54,954 nt of DNA from Gammaproteobacteria bacterium. GTDB taxonomy: Bacteria; Pseudomonadota; Gammaproteobacteria; UBA4575. The notes under the pieces were generated by a model. The model worked only from the letters and a program-made list of their open reading frames with translations. It was not told the origin of the DNA and ran no database searches. Shown here piece after piece: positions 46,620 to 54,954 of this stretch. The DNA lies in assembly GCA_028285655.1 (NCBI GenBank), contig JANQOT010000009.1:1-54954 (forward strand), written 5' to 3'. The stretch's first letter is position 1. Every line of letters starts with the position of its first letter. A program made the position numbers and the translations under genes.

Positions 46620-49310
46620 GTGAAAAAGTTATTCTTATTTTTCATCGGCATTTTGCTGATTATTGTAATTGCATTGGCGGCTGCCTATGTCTTTCGCGCA
46701 CCTTTAATGCAAAGCGCCGGACCCCTGATTGCCGATCAGCTTGGCGTAGAGATCGCCGAACTCGATATAGAGACAATCGGTTTGCGTCAAATTGTGATCC
46801 CCAGGTTCCGGGGAACATACTTCGCGCCCGGGAAAATTTTGGATGTGATGGTTGACCAGTTGACTGTCCAGATCGATCCATGGGCCGGTAAGCGCGATGC
46901 GATAAAAAGCGTCAGTGTGAAAAATATCGAACTGACCATTAATACAAGCAATGACAGTGCAGTCGAATCAGAAACCGAGGCTCGCGCAATCGATGTAATT
47001 AGAGGATTGCCGCCGGCATTAATCGCTATTGAGCGGATGGTGCTTACTTATCAGTATGCGCCCGAAAAAGTATTGCTGTATCAGGGAAGTATTACGCGTG
47101 ATCAAAACCAGTTGAAAACCACCGGCACGCTGCTGATGCCCGGATATATACAGTCAAACGTTTTATTGGCGTCGAATTTATTGTCATCGTTTGACTTAAA
47201 TATTACCTCTTTAAAATCAGACGGAGATCAACTGGATTTTTCCGGTGAATTTTCTTTGCAAGATCACTGGATTTATCTCAGCGGCAATGGGGACGTAAGT
47301 ATTTCTGCAGTTGAAACCTATCTGGAAAGACTTGAGTTGAAGCTACCGTTTAAATTAATAAATGTAGATAGCAATTTCGAATTAACAATGGAGGCGGATC
47401 TGGGATTGCCTGTTAATCGAATTGTCCAGTCCATGGCAACCAAGCTTGATCTGCGGGCAGATACTCAATTGCGCTTGCCGGACTATGAGCTGGAACAGGT
47501 TGATCTGGGATTGCATACCGAGTGTATTATCGAATCTGTAAGTATCGCGGATTGCCGGTTTCGCCAACCGATAAATGCCGAATTTGAATTTGCCCGCGCT
47601 CCTGTATGGGTAACAGAAAACTTCGACTGGAGCGAAAACCGGTTTACTGCAGAAATAAATCCTGCCAACGAAGTCGCGCTGCGTCTGGAGTTGAATGACA
47701 ATTTTAGCTATCAGGCTAAAGGCGACATGCGTGTTACTGCCCGCGCAAAAAATGCACCGCTATCCATCGATGCGTCAATTTCCGATATGGCATTGAACGC
47801 CGACGATAATGCATGGGAGTTGGACAGCATGCTGGAAGTCAAACTGGATGCCAACAAAATAAAAACGCCTGTACAAATGCAGCGTGCGGTTGTTTCGATG
47901 CGCGGAAGTATGCGGGGAACAAGCGAACGTATTGATATGCAGGTTTTAAAAAATACGCGAGTGATTGCGCAGAATATTAAGTCGCCCAACGTCGAAATTA
48001 ATAAAATTGAACTTGCTCAGGCGAATAATGCGAATGTGAGTTATGAATTTGCGACTGATTTGCTCAATGGGTCGAACTTAAACTATCTCATTCAGGCAGT
48101 AAGGATGAATAACGAAAACGCCCAACTGGAGTTTGAAGAAAGTCGTCTGGCGATCAAGAAATTACAGCGCAAAAATAATGACTGGCATGTTGCCGCACGT
48201 ATGGATGTAAATAAAATTAAGGCGGTTCGTGCCAACCGGACGATGGAATTTCATAGCGTCGGCACTGACTTGCAATTGAGCGGCGACCAAGTGGAAGTGC
48301 ATGGAGAAGTGGGGGTTGGTCAGGGAAATGCACCGCTAAAGATAGTGGGCAAACATCATCTAGACGAACAAGCAGGAAGCGTTGTTGTCACCATGGATGC
48401 ATTTGGACTGACGCAAAATGAAATGATAAAAGCGATAATCGCAACTACAGGTTTACCTTTGCAACTTAAGCAAGGTAGTTTGTCTACTCGAATTACTGCT
48501 AGCTGGGACGACATTGAGCAATTTGATCCTGTTGCCGAAATACAGTTAAAAGCAGAAAGCGTAGCGGGTGATTATGCGCAGAATCAATTCGAGGGATTGA
48601 ACACAGAAATTCAAGTTAACGGTTCGCAAAACCGGTTTGTCACGCAACCGATCGCGGTGACGATCGATAACGTCAATATAGGTGTGCCTATCACGAATAT
48701 AAGTTTTGGGTTCGACCGAATTGAAAAAGCAGAAAATAAACTACCGGTGATTCAATTAAATGAATTTTCCGCCAAGCTGCTTGACGGCAGTATTTATGCA
48801 AAAGAAATTGAAATGGATTTGAATCGCGCGGTCAACGAATTTTCTATCTATCTATTTAATTTGTCATTACAACAATTGCTTGCGCTGAATCAAACCGAAG
48901 ACCTGATCGCCAGCGGCAGATTTAACGGCGAGTTGCCGATGCGAATACAAAGCGAGGATTTTTCTATACAAGCCGGCTGGATAAAAGCCGACGAGCAGGG
49001 TGGTGTAATCAAGTACGATCGAATCGACGAAGTGCTGGTGGGCAATCCAAATCTGGAGTTGGTGGCCGATTTGCTGAAAGACTTTAGATATAATGAAATG
49101 TCTGCGCAGATCGATTTGCAGCCGGATGGTAATATCCTGTTGGCGACGAAATTACACGGTCGCAGCCCGAATTCCGAATTCGATAAACAAGTGAACTTAA
49201 ACTTTAATATAGAATTCAATTTGTGGAAATTTTTGGAAAGTGCTAGGTTGTTGACCAGAATTGATCAGGATATCAGCGAGCAAATAATTTCCAGACAACG
49301 GAATAAATAG
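46620..49310 (+). CDS. ydbH: AsmA-like intermembrane lipid-transport protein YdbH
   Basis: About 896 aa from the GTG at 46620 (MKKLFLFFIGILLI anchor). Large beta-rich protein followed by ynbE and ydbL, as in the E. coli ydbH-ynbE-ydbL operon. The track TTG start would overlap queG. Confidence 0.8.
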   Translation: MKKLFLFFIGILLIIVIALAAAYVFRAPLMQSAGPLIADQLGVEIAELDIETIGLRQIVIPRFRGTYFAPGKILDVMVDQLTVQIDPWAGKRDAIKSVSVKNIELTINTSNDSAVESETEARAIDVIRGLPPALIAIERMVLTYQYAPEKVLLYQGSITRDQNQLKTTGTLLMPGYIQSNVLLASNLLSSFDLNITSLKSDGDQLDFSGEFSLQDHWIYLSGNGDVSISAVETYLERLELKLPFKLINVDSNFELTMEADLGLPVNRIVQSMATKLDLRADTQLRLPDYELEQVDLGLHTECIIESVSIADCRFRQPINAEFEFARAPVWVTENFDWSENRFTAEINPANEVALRLELNDNFSYQAKGDMRVTARAKNAPLSIDASISDMALNADDNAWELDSMLEVKLDANKIKTPVQMQRAVVSMRGSMRGTSERIDMQVLKNTRVIAQNIKSPNVEINKIELAQANNANVSYEFATDLLNGSNLNYLIQAVRMNNENAQLEFEESRLAIKKLQRKNNDWHVAARMDVNKIKAVRANRTMEFHSVGTDLQLSGDQVEVHGEVGVGQGNAPLKIVGKHHLDEQAGSVVVTMDAFGLTQNEMIKAIIATTGLPLQLKQGSLSTRITASWDDIEQFDPVAEIQLKAESVAGDYAQNQFEGLNTEIQVNGSQNRFVTQPIAVTIDNVNIGVPITNISFGFDRIEKAENKLPVIQLNEFSAKLLDGSIYAKEIEMDLNRAVNEFSIYLFNLSLQQLLALNQTEDLIASGRFNGELPMRIQSEDFSIQAGWIKADEQGGVIKYDRIDEVLVGNPNLELVADLLKDFRYNEMSAQIDLQPDGNILLATKLHGRSPNSEFDKQVNLNFNIEFNLWKFLESARLLTRIDQDISEQIISRQRNK

Positions 49311-49366
49311 GGAACTTGTGATACAGGCTGGTAGTCAACAGGGGTACGAAGGTGATAAAAGAAGCT

Positions 49367-49558
49367 ATGAATAAATTATTTATACTTGGAGCCATCTCGA
49401 CTGCAATGCTATTGGCAGCTTGTAATCCAACGGTTAAGGTGGAAGCGCCGGAAGAGCCGATTACGATTAATATGAATATTAAAATCGAACACGAAGTGCG
49501 TATAAAAGTCGAGAAAGACCTGGAAGGTGTGTTTGCTGAAGACAGCGGATTGTTCTAA
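49367..49558 (+). CDS. ynbE: YnbE family lipoprotein
   Basis: 63 aa from the ATG. Lipobox LAAC, then PTVKVEAPEEPITINMNIKIEHEVRIKV, which closely matches E. coli YnbE from memory. Confidence 0.85.
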   Translation: MNKLFILGAISTAMLLAACNPTVKVEAPEEPITINMNIKIEHEVRIKVEKDLEGVFAEDSGLF

Positions 49559-49568
49559 GGAGGCGAGT

Positions 49569-49907
49569 ATGGGAGTAAAGAAAATTATGTCTAAATTTCT
49601 GTTGTTGCTTGTTTTAGTAACCGCCACAATTTTTGCATACGCTGCCGATTTGCAAACTGCCAAGAGCAGCGGTCTGGTTGGCGAGCAACTGAACGGATAT
49701 CTGGGGATTGTCGATGCCAGTGCAGGCGGTGATGTGCGCACGCTGGTCAAAGATATTAATGCCAAACGCAAGGCGAAATACGAAGCCATTGCCAGTCAGA
49801 ACAGCACCAGTCTGGAAACGGTAGAACTTCTGGCGGGTAAAAAAGCAGTCGAAAAAACGCAGCCGGGAAATTACATTCAGACGGCTACCGGATGGAAGAA
49901 AAAATAG
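49569..49907 (+). CDS. ydbL: YdbL (DUF1318) periplasmic protein
   Basis: AAGGAGG RBS, signal peptide, AKSSGLVGEQLNGYLG...INAKRKAKYEAIA DUF1318 pattern. Confidence 0.85.
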   Translation: MGVKKIMSKFLLLLVLVTATIFAYAADLQTAKSSGLVGEQLNGYLGIVDASAGGDVRTLVKDINAKRKAKYEAIASQNSTSLETVELLAGKKAVEKTQPGNYIQTATGWKKK

Positions 49908-50507
49908 TCATTCCTGCAGTTTTTTCCAGCAGAGTATGCGGTTGTTGCTCGGCATTTCCCAGTCCTGGTAAAGGCTGAAATTATTTTTTTGTGCCAATTG
50001 GTCTAGTTCGTCTTTATCGCGAATACGGGATTGCGGATCACGACTTATTAACCATTGATCGAAATCACGATTACTTTCGCTGGTGTATTCGCCGTTTATA
50101 TTGAATGGGCCGTACAGGCAAAAGTTTGCATTTGGAACCAGTACGTGTGCAAGGCCTGCAAACATGGCTTCTATTTCATGCCAGTGCATGATATGAGCGA
50201 CATTGGCTGCAAAAGCGGCATCGTATTTATTGTCAGGCCATTGTTTACACACATCGAGCACAATCGGTGCCGAAGTGTTTTTGCAACCGGCTTCGTCAAG
50301 CCACAACTTTATTCCTGCAATATTTTCTTTTTTATCGCTGGCCTGCCAGTTAAGCGCCGGCAAATGTTGTGCAAAATACACGGCATGTTGGCCGCTGCCG
50401 CTGCCAATTTCCAGCGCGCTGCGGGCGTCTTTAAACTCTGTTTGCAATACCGGTAAAATGGCGTCGCGATTTTGTTCCGCAGCCGGAGAAAAAGGTTTTC
50501 TAGTCAC
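49908..50507 (-). CDS. DUF938 family SAM-dependent methyltransferase-like protein
   Basis: 199 aa. KPFSPAAEQNRDAILPVL and LEIGSGSGQH motifs. GTG start. Confidence 0.7.
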   Translation of the reverse strand: MTRKPFSPAAEQNRDAILPVLQTEFKDARSALEIGSGSGQHAVYFAQHLPALNWQASDKKENIAGIKLWLDEAGCKNTSAPIVLDVCKQWPDNKYDAAFAANVAHIMHWHEIEAMFAGLAHVLVPNANFCLYGPFNINGEYTSESNRDFDQWLISRDPQSRIRDKDELDQLAQKNNFSLYQDWEMPSNNRILCWKKLQE

Positions 50508-50532
50508 GATTCAATCGCGCAAATGCATAGTT

Positions 50533-52143
50533 TTATTTGCGCGCATTGCGTATAAAGTCGATTAACGCATGAGTGGAGCAATCGGCATTGGTATGGGGTT
50601 TATCGTTCTGCAAAGAAGGTAATATCTGATTGGTTAATGTTTTGCCGAGTTCCACACCCATTTGATCAAACGAATTTATATTCCAGATGACTCCCTGCAC
50701 GAAAGTTTTGTGCTCGTATAACGCCAGCAAGGCGCCCAATGTCATCGGAGTTAAAGATTCACACATAATCGTATTGCTTGGCCGGTTACCCGGGAAGGTC
50801 ATATGCGGTGCCAGTTCCCTGACTTGCTGACCGGTAATGTTTTGACTGGCCAGCATTTCTATGGCTTCTTTTTTACTGCGGCCCATCATCAGCGCTTGCG
50901 ATTGGGCCAGCATGTTGGCCAGCAAAAATTCATGGTGGCCGTCGTGTTCATGGTCGGCTTTGGCGAAGCCGATAAAATCGCAGGGAACCACCGGGCCGCC
51001 CTGGTGCAATAACTGATGAAAAGCGTGTTGTCCGTTAGTACCGGCTTCGCCGAATACGATCGGGCTGGTTAGATAGCCTGCGCGTTTTCCGTCGCGAGTA
51101 ACACTTTTACCATTACTTTCCATGTCCAGCTGCTGCAAATACGAAGGCAGGCTGCGTAAACGGTGATCGTAGGGCAATACGGCATGGTGGGGGAACTTCA
51201 GAAAATTGATGTACCAGATGCCGAGCAATGCCAGTATCACCGGCAGATTATTGTTCAGCGGTGCGGTCTGGAAATGTTTGTCCATCGCATACGCTCCGGT
51301 CAACAATGAACGAAAATTTTGCATACCGATTTGCAATGCCAGTGGAAAGCCCACGGTACTCCAGAGTGAATAGCGGCCGCCGACCCAGTCCCACATATTC
51401 AGAATATGATCGCTGTCTATGCCAAACGATTTGGCGGCTTCTGCATTGGATGTAATGGCGACAAACTGTTTGCGTACCGAACGTCGAATACCGCTTTTTT
51501 CCCGCAGCCAGGCTGCAACTGTTTCCGCATTGATTCTGGTTTCAGGGGTTGCAAAACTTTTAGAAATAATAACGAACAGAGTATCTTGCGGTGATACCTG
51601 CGCAAGAATGTCATCCAGTAAATGCGCATCGACATTTGCAACAAAATGAACGTTGATTTCATCCTGGGTAAAATGTTGCAGGGCTTCACATGCCAGCTTG
51701 GGCCCCAGGTAGGACCCGCCAATACCGATTACGACGACCTCTTTGAGCGGAGTGTCTTTATAGCTTAACCATTGTTTGCGATGCAGTTTGTTGCACAGGC
51801 GTTCCATGCGCGCCAGCTCGGTTTCAACCTGTTTGCTTACCGGGGTGTTTTCATGGTTGCGTAAAGCCGTGTGCAGGACTGCGCGGTGTTCGGTATTATT
51901 AATTTCTTCTCCGGCGAACATTTTATCCCGCCATTCTTCCACTTCGGCCGCTTCCGCCAGTCTGCACAATAGCTCCAGCGTTTGCTCAATAATCCGGTTC
52001 TTGGAAAAATCGACCAGTAACGGATTGGAATGGATGGAAAATTTTTTAAATCGAATAGGATCTTCTGCGAACAGTTGACGCATTTCTACGTCACGCATTA
52101 GCGATGCGTGGTTAACAAGCTTTTTCCATTGTGCAGAGATCAT
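50533..52143 (-). CDS. pgi: Glucose-6-phosphate isomerase
   Basis: 536 aa. GIGGSYLGP, DWVGGRYSLWS and ESNGK motifs. Confidence 0.95.
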   Translation of the reverse strand: MISAQWKKLVNHASLMRDVEMRQLFAEDPIRFKKFSIHSNPLLVDFSKNRIIEQTLELLCRLAEAAEVEEWRDKMFAGEEINNTEHRAVLHTALRNHENTPVSKQVETELARMERLCNKLHRKQWLSYKDTPLKEVVVIGIGGSYLGPKLACEALQHFTQDEINVHFVANVDAHLLDDILAQVSPQDTLFVIISKSFATPETRINAETVAAWLREKSGIRRSVRKQFVAITSNAEAAKSFGIDSDHILNMWDWVGGRYSLWSTVGFPLALQIGMQNFRSLLTGAYAMDKHFQTAPLNNNLPVILALLGIWYINFLKFPHHAVLPYDHRLRSLPSYLQQLDMESNGKSVTRDGKRAGYLTSPIVFGEAGTNGQHAFHQLLHQGGPVVPCDFIGFAKADHEHDGHHEFLLANMLAQSQALMMGRSKKEAIEMLASQNITGQQVRELAPHMTFPGNRPSNTIMCESLTPMTLGALLALYEHKTFVQGVIWNINSFDQMGVELGKTLTNQILPSLQNDKPHTNADCSTHALIDFIRNARK

Positions 52144-52344
52144 TAAAAATCAGCGGGAATTAAAATGGACTTCTGGAATGTTAAGCGAAATAGTTATTGT
52201 TATCTTTGCTGAGGTTAACACGAGTGAGTTAAATGCAGCAGAGTTTTGTTGATGGATTTCCCGAACGGTAGCTTTTTAATCGGTGAGTTTGAAATTCGTT
52301 CTTGTTGCGGCAGCGGATTAATGTGCCAGCGCATTTGAATCAGC

Positions 52345-52374
52345 AATAAAAAAGCGGGCTATAAGCCCGCTTTT
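52345..52374 (-). terminator. Rho-independent (bidirectional-looking) terminator
   Basis: AAAAGCGGGCT-ata-AGCCCGCTTTT with T-runs on both strands. It sits about 25 nt after the stop of the small ORF at 52398. Confidence 0.8.
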
Positions 52375-52397
52375 AAATTCGTCTGGATAAACTGGAT

Positions 52398-52502
52398 TTA
52401 TCTGTAAATTGTGCCGTTTTTCAGGTGCGTGAACAGATTAATTTGCGCCACAATATTAATAACCACGGCAAGAAGAACGCATCCAACTACTAACCAAGCC
52501 AT
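52398..52502 (-). CDS. Candidate 34-aa single-TM peptide (not in the ORF track)
   Basis: GGAGAATAAACA then ATG at 52502. Translation MAWLVVGCVLLAVVINIVAQINLFTHLKNGTIYR, stop TAA, followed by a strong terminator. It lies downstream of panC on the same strand. Confidence 0.5.
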   Translation of the reverse strand: MAWLVVGCVLLAVVINIVAQINLFTHLKNGTIYR

Positions 52503-52552
52503 TGTTTATTCTCCATTTAATGTTAAAAGTTGCTGTCGCCCAGTATACACAT

Positions 52553-53398
52553 TTACGGTCTTGGGAAAAGTAAATTGTCTATTAAACGGGTAGAACCCAG
52601 CCAGGCGGCGGCCAAAACCACAATATTTGTAGTGTTTAGGCTGATGGCTTGCAAATGCGCTGCGTCGCGCATTGCGAAATAATCGCAACGAAATCCTGCT
52701 TGCTCCAGTTTTTGTATGGAGGATTTTTCCAGTGCAGGAATTTGCTCAAGCTGAAATTTAGATGGAATTTCACTCAATATTTGATAAAGCTGCGGTGCCA
52801 GTGCCCGCTGCTCGGCATTCAGATGGGCATTGCGCGAACTTAAGGCCAGACCATCGGGTTCGCGTTGCGTATCGCCCGAGAGTATCGTTACTTTAAAATT
52901 CAGCGATTGAACCATTTGCCTGATAATTAATAACTGCTGATAGTCTTTGTTGCCGAAAACCGCAATGTCGGGGGCGATTAGATTGAATAATTTTGCCACC
53001 ACTGTGCATACACCGGCAAAATGACCGGGGCGAGAGCGACCGCAAAACTCCTTTTCCAGCAGCGGTATGTGAATTCGCGGTGCTGCATCAAGTCCTTCTG
53101 GATACAGGTCTGATGTTTGCGGTGTGAAGACTGCATCGATATTTAAATTCTGCAGTTTATTCAAATCTGCATCCAGGTCGCGTGGATAACGAGCGAGATC
53201 CTCTGCCTGGTCAAACTGCAGGGGGTTTACAAAAATAGTGGCGACAACCCGTTTCGCGCGTGTTTTCGCAATCTCGATTAAAGATAAGTGCCCTGCATGC
53301 AGTTGTCCCATAGTAGGGACTACAGCAACAGAATCTTCCTGCCGGTGCCATTGCTGAGTCTGAGCGCGCATTTGCTCGGGGTTTGAAATTACCTGCAT
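52553..53398 (-). CDS. panC: Pantoate--beta-alanine ligase
   Basis: 281 aa. VPTMGQLHAGHLSLI HIGH-type motif. Confidence 0.95.
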   Translation of the reverse strand: MQVISNPEQMRAQTQQWHRQEDSVAVVPTMGQLHAGHLSLIEIAKTRAKRVVATIFVNPLQFDQAEDLARYPRDLDADLNKLQNLNIDAVFTPQTSDLYPEGLDAAPRIHIPLLEKEFCGRSRPGHFAGVCTVVAKLFNLIAPDIAVFGNKDYQQLLIIRQMVQSLNFKVTILSGDTQREPDGLALSSRNAHLNAEQRALAPQLYQILSEIPSKFQLEQIPALEKSSIQKLEQAGFRCDYFAMRDAAHLQAISLNTTNIVVLAAAWLGSTRLIDNLLFPRP

Positions 53399-53413
53399 AA
53401 TGATTGCTGTCGT

Positions 53414-54208
53414 TTATGCTGGCGGAAATTCGCCCGACTTCACTTCTTTAATGTATGCGCGAACCGCATTCTGAATGGTGCCGTTACCCATATAATTTTT
53501 TGCAAACGGCGGCGTTTTGCCGGGGGTGATTCCCAGTATGTCCTGCAGTACCAGTATTTGGCCGTCGCAGTCGCGACCGGCACCGATGCCGATGACCGGC
53601 AGTTCGACGGTGTTGGTGATTTGCGCGGCCAGGGATGCAGGAATACATTCGACCAGCAATAAATCTGCTCCGGCATTTTGCAGCGCAACCGCGGCTTGTA
53701 AAATAGCGTCGGCTGAATCGTTGTCGGTGCCTTGTATTTGATAACCGCCAATTTTGTGAATGTACTGCGGGCGTAACCCCAGGTGTGCGCAGACGGGAAC
53801 ACCGCACGCGCTTAGCTCGGAAACGATTTCGGCCTGTCGTTGAGTGGCTTCCAGTTTCACCATTTGCGCGCCGCCTTCCTGCATTAACAGTGTTGCATTA
53901 TGCAGCGCATTATCAACATTGCTGTAACTCATAAAGGGCATGTCGGCAATGACCAAAGCGGATGCAACGGCGGATGCTACGCAACGGGTATGGTAGATCA
54001 TGTCTTCCATGGTGACGGATACAGTAGAACTGTTTCCCTGAACTACCATGCCCAGCGAGTCGCCGACCAAAATTACATCCATTCCGGCTTCGTCCAGTAC
54101 TTTGGCAAAGGCGGCATCATAAGCGGTCAGACATGCGATTTTTTCTTTACGCTCTCGCATTTGCCGTAGCGAATTAATACTGGTACCCACGCTGTTTTGA
54201 GCGCTCAT
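53414..54208 (-). CDS. panB: 3-methyl-2-oxobutanoate hydroxymethyltransferase
   Basis: 264 aa. LTAYDAAFAKVLDEAGMDVILVGDSLGMVVQG is canonical. Confidence 0.95.
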   Translation of the reverse strand: MSAQNSVGTSINSLRQMRERKEKIACLTAYDAAFAKVLDEAGMDVILVGDSLGMVVQGNSSTVSVTMEDMIYHTRCVASAVASALVIADMPFMSYSNVDNALHNATLLMQEGGAQMVKLEATQRQAEIVSELSACGVPVCAHLGLRPQYIHKIGGYQIQGTDNDSADAILQAAVALQNAGADLLLVECIPASLAAQITNTVELPVIGIGAGRDCDGQILVLQDILGITPGKTPPFAKNYMGNGTIQNAVRAYIKEVKSGEFPPA

Positions 54209-54215
54209 GATCGCG

Positions 54216-54866
54216 TTAGCTTACGAAAGGAAGCGGGTTGAAATATCGCCGGCCGCTGGTGGTATTCAGAATTTGCGACTTCAATTGTTCGTAATCGCGA
54301 TCGTTATTTATAAAATCGATGTCGCTGGCATTAACAATCAGTAGTGGCGCGTCCTGGTAATGATAAAAGTAGTCGGCGTACGCCTCATTCAGTTGTTCAA
54401 GGTAATTGGCTTCTATAAAACGTTCAAAATTACGGCCGCGCTTGCGAATACGCTCCAGCAGAGTCGAAACAGGTGCCTGCAAGTACACCACCAGATCCGG
54501 TTTGGGTGATTCGACCATCATATGATCATAGACCTGCAGGTACAGGTCGAACTCTGTGGGTGTAAGCGTCACCTGGGCAAACAGCTGGTCTTTTTCAATC
54601 AGGTAGTCGGAGACTTTGGAGTGGGTAAAAATATTGCCCTGCCGCAAATGTTGAATCTGCTTGGCGCGATTCATCAGAAAGTACAGTTGGGTGGATAGTG
54701 CGGCTTCGCGCGGGCGCTGATAAAACTGTTCTAGAAACGGATTGTCGTCGATTTGTTCCAGTATCAGTTCCGACTCGAAGTCTTCTGCCAAACGGGTGGC
54801 GAGGCTCGATTTGCCGACTCCAATGGGGCCTTCGATGACAATGTAGTTGGGTAGCGGAGTCTGCAT
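54216..54866 (-). CDS. Deoxynucleoside kinase family protein
   Basis: 216 aa. IVIEGPIGVGKSSL P-loop and dNK-family layout, with the DRY/ERS-type region replaced by FLMNR. Located between folK and panB. Confidence 0.8.
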   Translation of the reverse strand: MQTPLPNYIVIEGPIGVGKSSLATRLAEDFESELILEQIDDNPFLEQFYQRPREAALSTQLYFLMNRAKQIQHLRQGNIFTHSKVSDYLIEKDQLFAQVTLTPTEFDLYLQVYDHMMVESPKPDLVVYLQAPVSTLLERIRKRGRNFERFIEANYLEQLNEAYADYFYHYQDAPLLIVNASDIDFINNDRDYEQLKSQILNTTSGRRYFNPLPFVS

Positions 54867-54880
54867 TTTATAGGTGTAGT

Positions 54881-54954
54881 TTAATCAATCCATTGGACTG
54901 GCACCTTTGCTTCAATCGGTGCACGGTTCCGAGACCTGGAATCATGAGGTTTTT
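54881..54954 (-). CDS. 3' end of an upstream gene, possibly folK (partial, cut by window edge)
   Basis: Open frame ...APIEAKVPVQWID ending in TAA at 54881-54883. The identity is guessed only from the common folK-panB-panC neighbourhood. Confidence 0.3.
   Translation of the reverse strand, partial: KPHDSRSRNRAPIEAKVPVQWID

Overview
This 54.9-kb window is a chromosomal segment of a gammaproteobacterium. Most of it is conserved housekeeping synteny on the minus strand. The blocks are rnr-rlmB; rpsF-rpsR-(DUF2232-like membrane protein)-rplI-dnaB-alr; and the nnr-tsaE-amiB ... mutL-miaA-hfq-hflX-hflK-hflC-yjeT-hisZ-purA superoperon, interrupted between amiB and mutL by plus-strand RibD_C-like and sohB genes. 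The rest is queG, ydbH-ynbE-ydbL, pgi, and folK(partial)-dNK-panB-panC. There are two tRNA genes (Met-CAT, Leu-CAG). I see no transposase, integrase, reverse transcriptase, cas or phage gene and no CRISPR array.

Three things stand out. (1) Two visibly AT-rich accessory islands (about 2.2-6.5 kb and 24.4-26.9 kb) consist of unrelated single-gene cassettes separated by one family of structured repeats. The B module has two hairpins whose stems covary and whose loops keep GGA. The A module (GAATGACCGCTTT / AAAGCGGTCATTC) sits next to cassette stop codons. Both islands use the same arrangement, and no recombinase is present in the window. (2) Both tRNA genes are followed by tandem units carrying a stem-loop with fully compensatory stem changes (AGTAATRGGT-stem...stem-ACCTGGYA). 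At tRNA-Leu the unit has an exact 163-bp period and ends with a copy of the last 17 nt of the tRNA, which resembles the E. coli tyrT/rtT repeat. (3) Several odd proteins are present: a lipoprotein with two c-type haem domains flanking three beta-sandwich repeats, an FRG-domain protein, a His-rich two-repeat protein, small Arg-rich (E/D)RRxxxDRR paralogues, and an unlisted 34-codon membrane-peptide ORF.

All functional calls come from reading the translated ORFs and motifs by eye. No database search was run.
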